A stretch of 64,000 nt of DNA from contig NIVC01002173.1 in assembly GCA_002269645.1 (NCBI GenBank), positions 1 to 64,000 on the forward strand. The letters are read 5' to 3'. Origin of the DNA: Macrostomum lignano (taxonomy: Eukaryota). Both the position numbers and the translations under genes were made by a program. The notes under the pieces are model-generated. The model worked only from the letters and a program-made list of their open reading frames with translations, ran no database searches and had not been told where the DNA came from. Positions 13,612 through 26,246 of this stretch are shown piece by piece. The stretch's first letter is position 1, and each line of letters starts with the position of its first letter.

Positions 13612-16600
13612 CTAACCAGCTGGCATTCTGGTACCGTTCCTTGCAGCTACCAACACTGGCTTTGAAGTTGTCGACGCCACCTTTGAAGTTGCCGATGCTG
13701 ACTTTAAAGTTGCTGATGCCGACTTTGAAGTTGCCGACGCCGGCTTTGAATTTGCCGACGCCGACTTAAAAGCTGTCGACGCCGACTTTGAAGTTGCCGA
13801 CGCCGACTTTGAATTTGCCGACGCCGACTTTAAAGTTTCCGACACCGACTTTGAAGTCAGCGGCAGGCAAGCAGCAGCGGCAGCAGCAGTAGCAGCAGTA
13901 GCAGCAGCACTGTTGTTCGAGTCGAGCGCTCGTTTCAACTGCCGATTTTCCGTCTCTAAACGACGCAGCAACCGGCCGTCAGCCTCACGATCCGAGCGCA
14001 GCTTCAACACCTGAAAAAGCAGAAAAATAATGAACTTAAAATGTGCCAAATGAGTCGGAAGCCAAAAATAAGCAATCGACTCCAACCTCGAGCTCCACGC
14101 CAGCCAGCCGCTCCAGCTCCGCCTTCAGCTTGTCGCAGGACAGCCGCAGAGTCCGGTTATTGCCGCTCAGCCTGGCGAGGTGTTTCGCCAGCTCCTGGCT
14201 CGCCTGCAGCACCACCTCCGTCTCCGCCTCCGCTGCAGCCGTCGCCGCCGCCTCCGCCGCCGTCTCCGCACGCTCCGCCAGCAGCTGCTGCAGCCGGCGC
14301 TCTGACTCCGCCGCCCGCCGCTCGCTGTTGGCGGTGGCCTCACGAGCGGCCGCGAGTTCGGCGGCAGCCGCCGTCTCTGCCTTCGCTCGCTCCTCCAGAA
14401 CGGCGCTCAGCTTGCGCTTCACGTCGGCTGCCATGGACTCCGCGGCCGTCCGCTCGGCCAACAGCCGCTCGGCGCGCCGTCCCGCCTCTTCGAGAGCGCG
14501 TTCGGCTGCCTCTAGCAGGGCACCATCCTCGTTGGATTTCGTCGATGACTCTGGCGCCGCTGACGCAACCGCAGCCCGGAGTCGATCGACCTCCGCCTCC
14601 AGGTCGCGGATTCGCGCCGCCGTGGCCAGCTCGGCGGCCAGCGACGGTCCCGCAGTGCCGTCCGCATCGCCCGCCGCTGAGGCCGCGGCAGCTGCAGCTG
14701 CAGTGGCTGCGGCGGCAGCGTCGGCACCGCCCAGGGCGTCCAGCGCCTCCCGCAGCTGCCGATTCTCGGCCGCCAACCGGCGAGCGGTCGCCGTCGACTT
14801 TTCAGCCGCGGCGTCGCGCTGTCCCGCGAGCTCCTCGCAGCGCTGCTGGCAGTCGGCGAGGCGCTCGGCGGCCGCTTCAGCCTGGCTGCGCATGGCGGCA
14901 AGCCGCTGCTCAGCCTGTTGGCGCTCGTCCAGCAGCTGGCCGTTTTCGCTGCGCAGCTCCTGGGGTAGCGGGCGAAGATCGCTTGGGTGAATGGGGTTTT
15001 CCGGTATGTGAATAGGTTTTGTCGGTGTGGAATGGGTTTTGTTGGTGTGTGAATGGGCTTTTTCGGTATGTGAATGGGTTTTGTTGGTGTGTGAATGGGT
15101 TTTGTCGGTGTGTGAATAGGTTTTGTTGGTGTGTGAATAGGTTTTGTTGGTGTGTGAATGGGTTTTGTTGGTGTGTGAATGGGTTTTGTCGGTGTGTGAA
15201 TAGGTTTTGTTGGTGTGTGAATGGGTTTTGTTGGTGTGTAAATGGGTTTTGTTGGTGTGTGAATAGGTTTTGTTGGTGTGTGAATAGGTTTTGTTGGTGT
15301 GTAAATGGGTTTTGTCGGTGTGTGTGAATGGGTTTTGTTGGTGTGTGAATAGGTTTTGTCGGTGTGTGAATGGGTTTTGTCGGTATATGAATGGGTTTGA
15401 TCCGTGTGAATGGGTTTGATCGGTGTGTGAATGGGTTTGATCGGTGTGTGAATGGGTTTGATCGGTGCGTGAATGGGCTTAGGTCAGGGTGGTGCGTGAA
15501 CAGTTACGGCTAGTGTGAAAGGGTCTAACTAGCTCATAATATTATAAGACCGATGCCTTCACTAGTTAAGTTGGTGTGCATGGCACGAATAGATATTCGT
15601 GCCCGTGAATAGCTTTAGCGGTGTGTGAACGGCTCTGACGGGTCACTCTTGGCTCACCTGAACTCGAGCTTTGAAAAATTCGAACTCGGCCAGTTTCTGC
15701 CGGAGGCTGACAACCTCGGCCTGCAGCTCCTCCGTGTTGCCAAGCTGGGGAATTGAGAAGGTGAAAGCACGAAAGAATCGATAAATATAAATGTTGATTT
15801 CAGATAATACATTTATGGATTCAGCATTTACCGATTCCTTCAAGCGTTCGTTCTCATCCTGCAGGTCCTTCAGCTTCGTGGCCTTGTCTGAGCAGGATAG
15901 ATTCTGGAGTGAGTTGTGGATGCAGTCTTTTAAGTCGACATACAACAATAAAATTGCCTTGGCCAACTTGATCGCAGTTTAGGCCAAACAGGTTGCAGTG
16001 TTTTTACACGATGTCTATGGCTTTTCTATCGCTGGCCAAAATGATCGCAGTTTAGGCCAAACAGGTTTCAGTGTTTTTACACGATGTCTATGGCTTTTCT
16101 ATCGCTGGCCAAATTGATCGCAGTTTAGGCCAAACAGGTTTCAGTGTTTTTACACGATGTCTATGGCTTTTCTATCGCTGGCCAAACTGATCGCAGTTTA
16201 GGCCAAACAGGTTTCAGTGTTTTTACACGATGTCTATGGTTTTTCTATCGCTGGCCAAATCGATCGCAGTTTAGGCCAACTAGATTGCAAAGGTTTATTT
16301 GTAAGAGGGACCAAAATTGAAACAAGGTCCCATTGTCATCACACTCAGCTCCCACAAAGGACTCTCATAACCAAGACTCTCAGCTCCTACTGAGAAGTCT
16401 CAACACCAAGACTCTCAGCTCCTACTGAGAAGTCTCAACACCAAGACTTTCAGCTCCTACTGAGAAGTCTCAACACCAAGACTCTCAGCTCCTACTGAGA
16501 AGTCTCAACACCAAGACTCTCAGCTCCTACTGAGAAGTCTCAACACCAAGACTCTCAGGTCCTACTGAGAAGTCTCAACACCAAGACTTTCAGCTCCTAC

Positions 16601-19184
16601 TGAGAAGTCTCAACACCAAGACTCTCAGCTCCTACTGAGAAGTCTCAACACCAAGACTCTCAGGTCCTACTGAGAAGTCTCAACACCAAGACTCTCAGGT
16701 CCTACTGAGAAGTCTCAACACCAAGACTCTCAGCTCCTACTGAGAAGTCTCAACACCAAGACTTTCAGCTCCTACTGAGAAGTCTCAACACCAAGACTCT
16801 CAGCTCCTACTGAGAAGTCTCAACACCAAGACTCTCAGCTCCTACTGAGAAGTCTCAACACCAAGACTCTCAGCTCCTACTGAGAAGTCTCAACACCAAG
16901 ACTCTCAGCTCCTACTGAGAAGTCTCAACACCAAGACTCTCAGCTCCTACTGAGAAGTCTCAACACCAAGACTCTCAGCTCCCACTGACTCTCATCTCCC
17001 CAAAGTCCGCACCTTGAGCTGCGCCTTAAGTCGCTTTGTCTTCTCTTTCTTCTGCCGCAGGCGGTCCGCCAGCTGCGCCGCCTCGGCCGCGCGGTCGTCC
17101 AGCTGAGCTGCCAGGCTGGCGGCCTGCTGATTGGCGGAGCCCAGCAGCAGCTGGTAGCCGTGGAAATCGACGAGGCCCTCTGGCGGGCGGAGCGACTTCA
17201 GCAGGTCCGGCCCGGTGCTGGAGGCGGTCTGAGCCGAGAGCAGCACCGACTCAAGATAGAGTTTCTCACGCAGAGCCTGGCTGCCGCGCTGTGAGATGAT
17301 GGCGGGGTAAGGAGGGAAGCTGCCGCGTCATTTTGCACGAATGATCTGCTGGATTTCTAACTGACTGCGGTGCAGATATGGGAGTTGCTGTTTAGCCCTG
17401 CTGGCAAAATGAGCCTGTCAATTTCTGCTCAAATGGGACTAATTGGCTGAGATGCCAAGGCTCAATGGGGATGCTGAGATGCCAAGGCTCAATGGGGGTT
17501 GTTGAGATGCCAAGGCTCAATGGGGATGCTGAGATGCCAAGGCTCAATGGGGATGCTGAGATGCCAAGGCTCAATGGGGGTTGTTGAGATGCCAAGGCTC
17601 AATGGGGATGCTGAGATGCCAAGGCTCAATGGGGGTTGTTGAGATGCCAAGGCTCAATAGGGGAAGCTGAGATGCCAAGGCTCAATAGGGGAAGCTGAGA
17701 TGCCAAGGCTCAATGGAGAGGCTGAGATGCCAAGGCTCAATGGGGATGCTGAGATGCCAAGGCTCAATGGGGCTTGTTGAGATGCCAAGGCTCATGGAGA
17801 GGCTGAGATGCCAAGGCTCAATGGAGAGGCTGAGATGCCAAGGCTCAATGGGGAGGCTGAGATGCCAAGGCTCAATGGGGATGCTGAGATGCCAAGGCTC
17901 AATGGAGAGGCTGAGATGCCAAGGCTCAATGGGGAGGCTGAGATGCCAAGGCTCAATGGAGAGGCTGAGATGCCAAGGCTCAATGGAGAGGCTGAGATGC
18001 CAAGGCTCAATGGAGAGGCTGAGATGCCAAGGCTCAATGGGGATGCTGAGATGCCAAGGCTCAATGGAGAGGCTGAGATGCCAAGGCTCAATGGAGAGGC
18101 TGAGATGCCAAGGCTCAATGGACAGCTGTTTCTATTAAAAGCAGAGGCAACATATCAAATACACAGCTGATAAAGTGAATCTTCTAGATGGGTTCCGCAC
18201 CTTGAAGCAGGCCAGCCGATCGCTGCAGCACCTCTGCAGAGCAGTTGAATCGTCCAACGTATCCAAGCGCACTAATTGAGCGCTAAGCTGAAATAAAAAA
18301 GCAGTATAAATTTGCATTAGCTAACTACTCAAAGTAGCGGAGCAGAATTTGCTAAAAATAACAGTGAGTTCCCGAACCTCCTTGTAGCTCTCCATGATGT
18401 CCTCCTTGACCTCGCCGGGCAGGGTCTCCATTACGGCAATGAAATCGTCTTTGCGATCGCTTTGAATAACCAGGCCGAGTACTAGCAGTAGTATCTTGCG
18501 CATCTCTTGCTGCGATGCCTCTGCAAAAGACACAGTGATGAATTGCTTTTAAATTAAAAAATAGCCGAAGTGGTTTCAACAGGACTAATATTATCGCTAC
18601 AAGTTGGCAGCTGGCTTACGGAGATCCGCACTGTAGTTGACCAGAGCGGAGACGTCAATCATGGGGAGCAGAACCGCTTGATTGAGACAGTCCTGCGGAG
18701 AAATGAGGAAAACAATTAAGTGCCACTGGGTTTGTGCTGGCATGTCTGGAAACAGTTCAAGACTGATCCCCAATGGTTACCATGTAGCAGGTGAGCAGTT
18801 GCACAGTCAGAGTTGAGGAGTTGTGCACCTGGCTGGCGGAGTCCTTGGCGCAGCTGACTGGCTCAGTCCACAGAGGGCGGCTGTCTCTGCATTTAGATTG
18901 AAAAAATGCAGCACTGAGAATCTCTGCTTGCAATGATACTCTGCACAAAATTCTGCTCTCAACTTACATCTGATGGAGAACATCAAACAGAAAGTCCTGC
19001 TCCATCAGATCTTCATATTTTAAAGCATCGTCCAGAGTGTGGAATGTCTCGATCTGAAAATTTGTAAGCATTTAATTTATTAATGAAAAATGCCCAAAAT
19101 AGTTTCACTCTGAAGTAGAATTAGAATAATTACCCAGGAAAAAAGTGATGCAAATGAGCCCCTGATATTGCCTGTTTCAGGCAT
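13612..19184 (-). CDS. CCDC88: CCDC88/Girdin-Daple-like Hook-domain coiled-coil protein, 11 exons, ~750 aa
   Basis: Phase-compatible GT-AG exons: 19184-19134, 19053-18968, 18886-18781, 18692-18620, 18520-18378, 18287-18201, 17288-17013, 15903-15832 (5' boundary uncertain), 15744-15658, 14959-14087, 14010-13612. The Hook domain reads LFSW|IETF...FLFDVLHQIDSR...EMRKILLLVLGLVIQSDRKDDFI. The motif KLAEFEFFKARVQ|ELRSENGQLL matches CCDC88 LHDIEFYKARVEELKEDNQVLL. Confidence 0.82.
13660..13860 (-). repeat. Coding 21-bp tandem repeat (SKSASAT-like heptads) in last CCDC88-like exon
   Basis: Repeated gccgactttgaagttgccgac, translated as KSASANSKSASATSKSASTAFKSASANSKPASATSK. Confidence 0.75.
15003..15478. 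repeat. Intronic minisatellite, 21-bp unit ggtgtgtgaatgggttttgtt
   Basis: Visible tandem array inside CCDC88-like intron 14960-15657. Confidence 0.95.
15961..16280. repeat. Intronic minisatellite, 73-bp unit, ~4.3 copies
   Basis: gatcgcag recurs at 15970, 16043 and 16116. Confidence 0.95.
16371..16983. repeat. Intronic minisatellite, 35-bp unit ccaagactctcagctcctactgagaagtctcaaca
   Basis: Period 35 (16371, 16406...), ending ~28 nt from the splice donor at 17012. Confidence 0.95.
17446..18121. repeat. Intronic minisatellite, 27-bp unit gctgagatgccaaggctcaatggagag
   Basis: Tandem array that explains the spurious MERLRCQGS / SLGISASPL ORFs. Confidence 0.95.
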
Positions 19185-20810
19185 CTGAAATGTCAGGAGG
19201 AACTGGTAGTTATGAATTGATTTTTATTGAATAAAATTATACTCCAAGCAATTAATTGACTTGAGCTCAAAACACTACAACTGATGCAAGGTTTACAACT
19301 TTTTTATTTACTACAGATGTATATTAACTTACTTTTATGGAAAGTCAATTTTTTTATTTTAACGATATAGAAATTTCAAAAAAGCTTAACAAAATGTTAC
19401 CAGTTTCAAAGCTTTGTCAAGGGAATTTCTCTTTTGGCATAAATATTTGAGCAATGGAGATTTTATGCCATGTACATGCATAGTGTATGGTTGGGATAAT
19501 AAGGACTAAAGTGAAGATATTTTATTTTCAATGCAAAACACTAGGAAGAGCTCCTAAGTCTGTGATATTATTCTTTTTTCAGATTTTATAAAAGCACTAT
19601 TTATTGAAATTTGGCCCAATTGAAGGAAGGTCAACCATAGCTATAGAAATTATTAGAAAAAAAATTATTAAAAATATAATACTTAATAATAGTAAAATAA
19701 TAAATAAATAAATAAAACAATTATAGATACTTAGTAAAAATGGTTAGGACTAGATCTAGATTCTTAGTATTAATCTAGGCCTAGGTCTAAATAAAAAATT
19801 GATAGCTTTGTAAAGACAGGGTCAGCAACAATTAAATGATATTGGTTAATAATGTCTATATTTAATTACTTGGACAGGTTTAATGAGAATGAATATAGTT
19901 ACTAAAATAATACTGAAGTAGAGCAGTAACTATATTAATAGCTAAAGAGTATCTGTATATAACATTTTATTATAAATTACTTGATTCAAATAGGAAAATT
20001 AGTTCATCTTGGCCAATTGGCACATTTGATTTTTTCTAATAAAGACCCTAGTTAAAAAGCTATTAAGGTTCAATAATAAATCAATAAAAAAACACTAGGC
20101 ATAAGATAAAACTTTGTTTATTATATAAATTATTAGGCCTATCACTCAGAGTCTGGGCCTAGTCTTATTATCAAAATATTTGTTACCAAAACAATAATAA
20201 TACATATATATGTAGAATAGGCCTATGTAAGAAATTTTTACTCTACATATATTCACATAAATTTGGTTTGGCAATTGGAAGTTGCCAAGTTGGAATATAA
20301 CCAGAAGTTAATTTCTATTGGCATATCATGATTATCATAACAAAAGCCTAGTACTAGTAGGTGATAAGCTATATTCAGGAAGGTGGACTTTGTCATGGAT
20401 ATTTCCCCATATACAAGAGAATGGATTCATGTCCCTGGTGACTAGTGACTGTCCTTAGTCACGGCGCTGTGTAGAGTCCAATCTATCTAGGACTAGTACT
20501 AGCCTATCACTAGGCCTATGCTGTAGGTCTAGTTATTATAAGATAAGATAAGCCCAATACATATAAGGTGATAGACCAAGGTGGCCACAAGGCAAGCCTA
20601 TTTCTTATTGGTAAGGAGGGAAGGGGAGGGTAGGGTATGGGAATGGAAGCTCTCTCAACAATCTCCCCCACCTCAATCTCCCTACTTCACATTTGCCCAA
20701 CTATCCAGTTTTGGATACTTAATTATCTAAACAATCTTGGAGTCAAGTCTGAATTGAATAAATTTCATTTGACTTTTTTCTATCTGGCTGTTTGCTTTAA
20801 TTTGCTCAGA

Positions 20811-21607
20811 ATGGCTGCATCATTTCCATGTGTGGTATGTGTGCAGCCAGTTACTAATGAAGATCATGCAAATGAATGCTCCCAGTGCCGCAATTGGCAG
20901 CATCTTGAATGCAGTAGCCGTGTCACACCTGTGCAATATGAAGTATGCAAGGCATTTGTAAGTTTTTTTGGCTCTGCAATTGGTGACCTGCTGACCTGCT
21001 GACATCCATACATGTGCAACCTTGGGAATCACTCAGCCATTTCTATTGGCAACACACACACACATGTAAGTTGCTATTAGCTAAAAGCAGTCACATGACC
21101 CTAGAATCCCTAGGTTGCGCCCAAGCATGCTGACATCAAGGTCACCAGGTGTAGCAGCAGCACCTGTGCAAATCGCAGTGGACTAGGCTGTTGCTGCAGC
21201 AGCACCTGTGTAGATTGCAGTAGAGCAAGCTGTTGCCACAGTAGTACCAGTGCAGATTGTAGCAAACCAGGCTGCTGTTGCTGCAGCTCATTTGCCAGAG
21301 ATTTTTCTGTATCAATTTCCTGGCTTTCCTGATCCTGAGCCTACCCTTAAAGTGTCTATCCATGTCCCACCTGTGGACTTTGTACCACTTCGCACATCGT
21401 AGCCCCCCACCTCAGCTTTTTGAATATCTTCCAAGTGCAGGGAATAATGGGAAAGGTCTTTATGTATGGTTTATGAGGCGTGACCTAGGCCATCTACTGG
21501 ACATTAAGATGCAGCAAAATGGCAACACCTACTATTGTTGCACAAAGTGCCTGTATATAAATAGTGAATTCTGCACTTTTAGCCACAATGAAGAAGTAAA
21601 ATTTTAA
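20811..21607 (+). pseudogene. Decayed PHD-finger + Ala/Val-rich repeat + possible FLYWCH-like ORF, probably a transposon (MULE-like) remnant
   Basis: MAASFPCVVCVQPVTNEDHANECSQCRNWQHLEC has PHD spacing (C-x2-C...C-x2-C-x4-H-x2-C). The downstream frame with AAAPVQIAVxQAV repeats has in-frame TAG stops at 21184, 21211 and 21400. FEYLPSAGNNGKGLYV...NTYYCCTKC resembles a FLYWCH start (weak). Confidence 0.5.
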
Positions 21608-22076
21608 CAAGAACAAAACATTGCTTTTGCCTTTAACTAAACAGTGAGTCTTGCACTTTAAGTTTTAGCCACAATGCACAGGTAAAATTTTAAAAAGAAT
21701 TCAAAAACATTGTTTTTGCCTTTACTTAAACAGTGAATGCTGCACTTTTAGTCACAATGCATAGGTAAATTTTTAAAAGAATTCAAAAACATTGTTTCTG
21801 CCTTTACTTAAACAGTGAATGCTGCACTTTTAGTCACAATGCATAGGTAAATTTTTAAAAGAATTCAAAAACATTGTTTCTGCCTTTACTTAAACAGTGA
21901 ATGCTGCACTTTTAGTCACAATGCATAGGTAAATTTTTAAAAGAATTCAAAAACATTGTTTCTGCCTTTACTTAAACAGTGAATGCTGCACTTTTAGTCA
22001 CAATGCATAGGTAAATTTTTAAAAGAATTCAAAAACATTGTTTCTGCCTTTACTTAAACAGTGAATACTGCACTTT
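21574..22076. repeat. Intergenic minisatellite, 82-bp unit, ~6 copies
   Basis: cagtgaatg recurs at 21731 and 21813, and onward. Confidence 0.95.
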
Positions 22077-23354
22077 TCTATTATATATACCTCTGCTGCC
22101 CTTTTCGATGCAGGGGTTCATTTGGCCATAGGCAGAAACAAATTTGTAGATCCAATAGCAATAATCTGCTTATGTTATGCCATTATGGTAAAATGTTGAT
22201 ATTCTGAATTCTTGAAATTTAGTACATCTTCCTCTTTAAATTTGTTAGAATGTGCTAAAAACTTAAATATATTAGTTTATTAATATGAATGTGAAAATCT
22301 CAGTCAGGTCAGTCAGGTCAAGAAAATTACTAGTGCCCAATGCAATTATACAGACACATTGCTATCATATACAGTTTCATGTGGAGAAATTATAGCTAAA
22401 CTTGAGGGACATAGACAATGTTCCTCTCTGAGTCTCTATACCCGAGGAGCTAGAAAAAGCCAATAGTAATTGAGGGGGCTGATAGTTTTATAGACCAATT
22501 AGAGCTGTGGCCACCTTATTAGTGTGTGGCCACATTAGACATGCGCCTACATATAACTACAAATACAGTAAAATTATTTAGATACATAGACATCCTAGTG
22601 ATAAATGACACAACATACCATTCTTGGGCTGGATTCAGCTTGCTCTCGTTCAACTTGAAACGCTAATGGACAGGAGTAATCCATCTTGACTTTCGCAGCT
22701 TTACCATTAACTCATTGGAATGATTGGCTAGAGAATGTAACGATTTATCTTTGATTATTTGCTAACCCTTTAATTTATAAAACTATTGACTTTAGTTAAC
22801 GTATAGCGCATGCAGACTCTATGAAAGTACAAATACAGAGACTTATAATCTATACAGGAACAACCCGTCCGCCGATGTGTAGTATATATCTGACTCTCTC
22901 CTCTCGTCGACGTGCATGCACCAAATCATTTAAAATAAATTGAATTTATGAAATTAAAAGAAACGGTGACTCAATTAAAATGGAGTAGTTATCAGCTTTA
23001 TATTTATAAAGAAAAATAGTTTTAGTGTTTTTTCTTTTGGATACTTTTAAAAAAATTCTTATAATTGTTTATATATTAAAATAATTTTTCTTATAACATT
23101 TGTTGAATTACATATAGAACCATGAGCAGCATGGGCATTATAACACGACGAAGTGTGCGGTTAACAACATAGTCGATGGCCAAATCGTGATATTCATTAT
23201 GTATTTGAACAGATACATCAGCGTGCATATAACGCATTATACGCAGGCTGGGAACGGCCGAGCAGAAACTTAAACAAGCAGGAATATTAAAATCCAAAAC
23301 AAACATGCGTTCCAATAGCATAGTCAGCTCACGTGTAGTTCGATCTGATTCACT

Positions 23355-24078
23355 TCAGTGATTAAAAACACAGTTGTGCAGTGTACCGTGGATGTTGTAG
23401 ATCACTGTAGGCCTGCCATTACCAGTAGTGTTGGTAATTAGCGTCGTTGCGGTGGCGCGATATCAGTTGTTCCACTAGTGTTCAGAGACTGGCTCATCAC
23501 TGTCGATGAATCTACCATCGCAACACGTTGCTCTCGGTTAGGCGGCTCAACAGTCGTAGTGTTAGCAGGCTCTTGATCTGTAGGAGTCAACAAGTCACTA
23601 CGACCCCGATGAAGTGCACGTGCAAGGCTATCGGACATGCGGCCCGCATATCTTCATCTCTTCGCGAGCCAAATCTCAAATAGCGTTCTACCGTCCTCGT
23701 CTGTTTGTGTCCAGTCACCTTGCAAATGTCGGAGACACTATAGCCGGCATCAGCCAACTCTTTCACAACAGTAGAGCGGATGCAGTGATTGGTATACTTT
23801 TTTGTCAAAGTTGCCTTTGTTGACATGATCGTCATCATTTGTCCTAGTGTGTTGACGCCCACAGCAATATTTTCCAGGTATTCCATTTCATTCTCATCTG
23901 TAGGTAATGATTGGAAAATAGAATCCAGAAATTGCTGATCGTCGCTAGAAATCTTGGACTCAGGAAATTCGTCCGGCTCACTCAAGAAATCCTCGATTTG
24001 ATCCGTGGTCATTCTAGAAATCATTTCGTTGGGCAATTGCCGCAGGTCTAGCAGTTTTACTTTTCTTGGAGGTTCCAT
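23355..24078 (-). mobile_element. Crypton-type tyrosine recombinase (DUF3504-like) C-terminal remnant, with two frameshifts
   Basis: AVGVNTLGQMMTIMSTKATLTKKYTNHCIRSTVVKELADAGYSVSDICKVTGHKQTRTVERY carries the H-x-x-R, GH and Y motifs of tyrosine recombinases in Crypton-like context. Shifted frames give MSDSLARAL... and a terminal LHNCVFNH* typical of this protein class. Confidence 0.75.
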
Positions 24079-26246
24079 GTCTCTTTTTGAGTCAGTAAAG
24101 CTCTTCTTTATTTTTCTCTTTTGTCCTGCTCTATCTTCTCCTCTTCAACGTGCATCTAACGCAACTAACTGCAATCTTTTGTCTATGGTAATTCGTTGTA
24201 TTATAATATAACTAATATAATGCGTAGCGCACGAGTGCCATAGACCATTGAAGCACAAAGCAGCTATATATTAATCCTACAATCGTTTCCTAAACTAAAG
24301 TAAAGTTATAATAATTACTAGTTTTTTGCCCTAAACTAAACTGGGTGCACTCTATAATCGATAAATACTCTCTTGATCGTGCTGTCAAAGAAAAAGAATA
24401 AAACAGGACGAGAGGGACTAAGCTGGGAGTTGTACGTGTACTTGTAAATCAAGCATCAAGGACCGTAAAATTGTTTTGGGAGGAATTAAGATATCTTGGC
24501 GCAAAAGCTTTTACTTTTATTTACCATGTTAACGACGATGATAGGTGGTAGATATCCATGAATAAATTATTCAAGCTGTAAGTTTGTATGCCCCGAGTGC
24601 ATGTAGCTCATTGGAACTTTAAATAACACACTAGAGAAAATGAACAAATAAGGTGAAGTCAGACGACAAAACTTTTTTATTTTAAACTACGACCTTGCTT
24701 AATTTAAGTGACTATATTTTAGCAGAAGAATTTAACTGTCATAAATAGAGATAACAAAAACGGCCGAGGCTATAATTAGTCTGCTACGAGCATAAGATAC
24801 ATGTAGATATTTCCTAGAAACGAAACGCACCAAATCAAAATTTCATAACTAGCTTATATTATCATAAATCTAACTGAATAAACATTTTTGGACAAAAGCG
24901 AATCGGTATAGTAATTATGTTGGAAATTCTACTATACCAGCCAAAATAAGCGTAATCAATATAAACACACTAAACAAAACTGCATTACTAAACAAAGCAA
25001 TTAAAATTAGAAAGTATCACAATCGTGAAAAGACTGTTCGCCTGATTTCAGAGGCTGATATTTCGTATCCGAACAGAACAGGGGGAACGCAGAGAAACAG
25101 GAGTGACTAGCAGGTAATAATCCACCGCTATGCATCCGGTCTGCCATGAAACCAGACATTGAGATGGACCTCCACATGATCGGCGCTACTAAAAGTAGCA
25201 TTAAAAATGAATTTCGCGACCTACAGTGCAAACGGTGCATTGTAAAAATATAGATATACAAGCGAGCCAGCAGTTGACCTTCATTTGTCTTTACACCAAA
25301 AAGACCAGGCAGTTAGATTCCAGCTGAACAGACAGCATCGTATAAACCATTGATAAAGAGAAATCAATGCAATATTATCAACACAGATGCATTTAAGCAT
25401 AACTTTGGTGAAAACAGTGCGGCAAAGACTGAGAGGGGTATTCCAGGAATGAGAGCGCAGTGGAGTGCGGTGTGTAAATAGCAGTGTACTACTAGTACTG
25501 TATAGAAAGATTCTAATCGAATGTCTCCGTAATAAATTATTGGTGAAAAATATGCATTAATTGAGGAAAATAACAAAACTGGATACTAGACATACTACTT
25601 CTATAGTATTAGCTGAGTAGTTTGTATTGCAAAATAATAAATAAGTAAAGAATAAGTCTATAAACTGGCGAACAGATTCAGGGGGTCGCAGCTGAAACCG
25701 TAGACAGCAAAATGGAAACACGACACGAATGTCAAAAACATATCTAACATATCTAAACTCGCTAGTTTAAAGGTTTAAAGTTACGCCACTGCTATAACGA
25801 GTATAATAAATCAATAAATAAAGCTAAGAAAATAGCGGAATATTAGCGATATTATGATAACAGTTAATATTTGCAATATAAAACAATAAATTGAAATAAA
25901 CAAGTGCTATATGGATGCGATTGCGCTGCTTCCTACATCAGATATATCGGTAAATATATAAAGTGCCCGTATGCGTGAATAGAGCAGGGCGGGGGAGGCA
26001 ACAGACCGGAGGCGGCAGTCCCTCAGAACCAAAGCATGTGAGCTACAATCTGTGAAGACGGAAAACTTTCGGTATCACTGAGAATGCCGCCTCTGTCTCC
26101 CCGCCCCCTTAGCCATTTGTGCTTGCCTGTGCCGAGTTCTGAGTCAGCAATTGACCACAAAAACTGATTATGCGATTAGAATTATTTAAGAGTTAGCGCC
26201 ACAGTCCTGACTGCGACTGCCCAGGTGATGAGGTACTCATCTCACC

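Noticed and set aside
14041-15015. Long plus-strand ORFs (324 aa, 315 aa) and similar ORFs opposite DLG, AP2M1 and ATG16L (e.g. 60292-61629)
   Set aside because: Antisense or alternate-frame shadows of very GC-rich real exons.
15961-16983. 35-bp and 73-bp arrays as possible CRISPR arrays
   Set aside because: Units are contiguous with no unique spacers, there are no cas genes, and the context is a eukaryotic intron.
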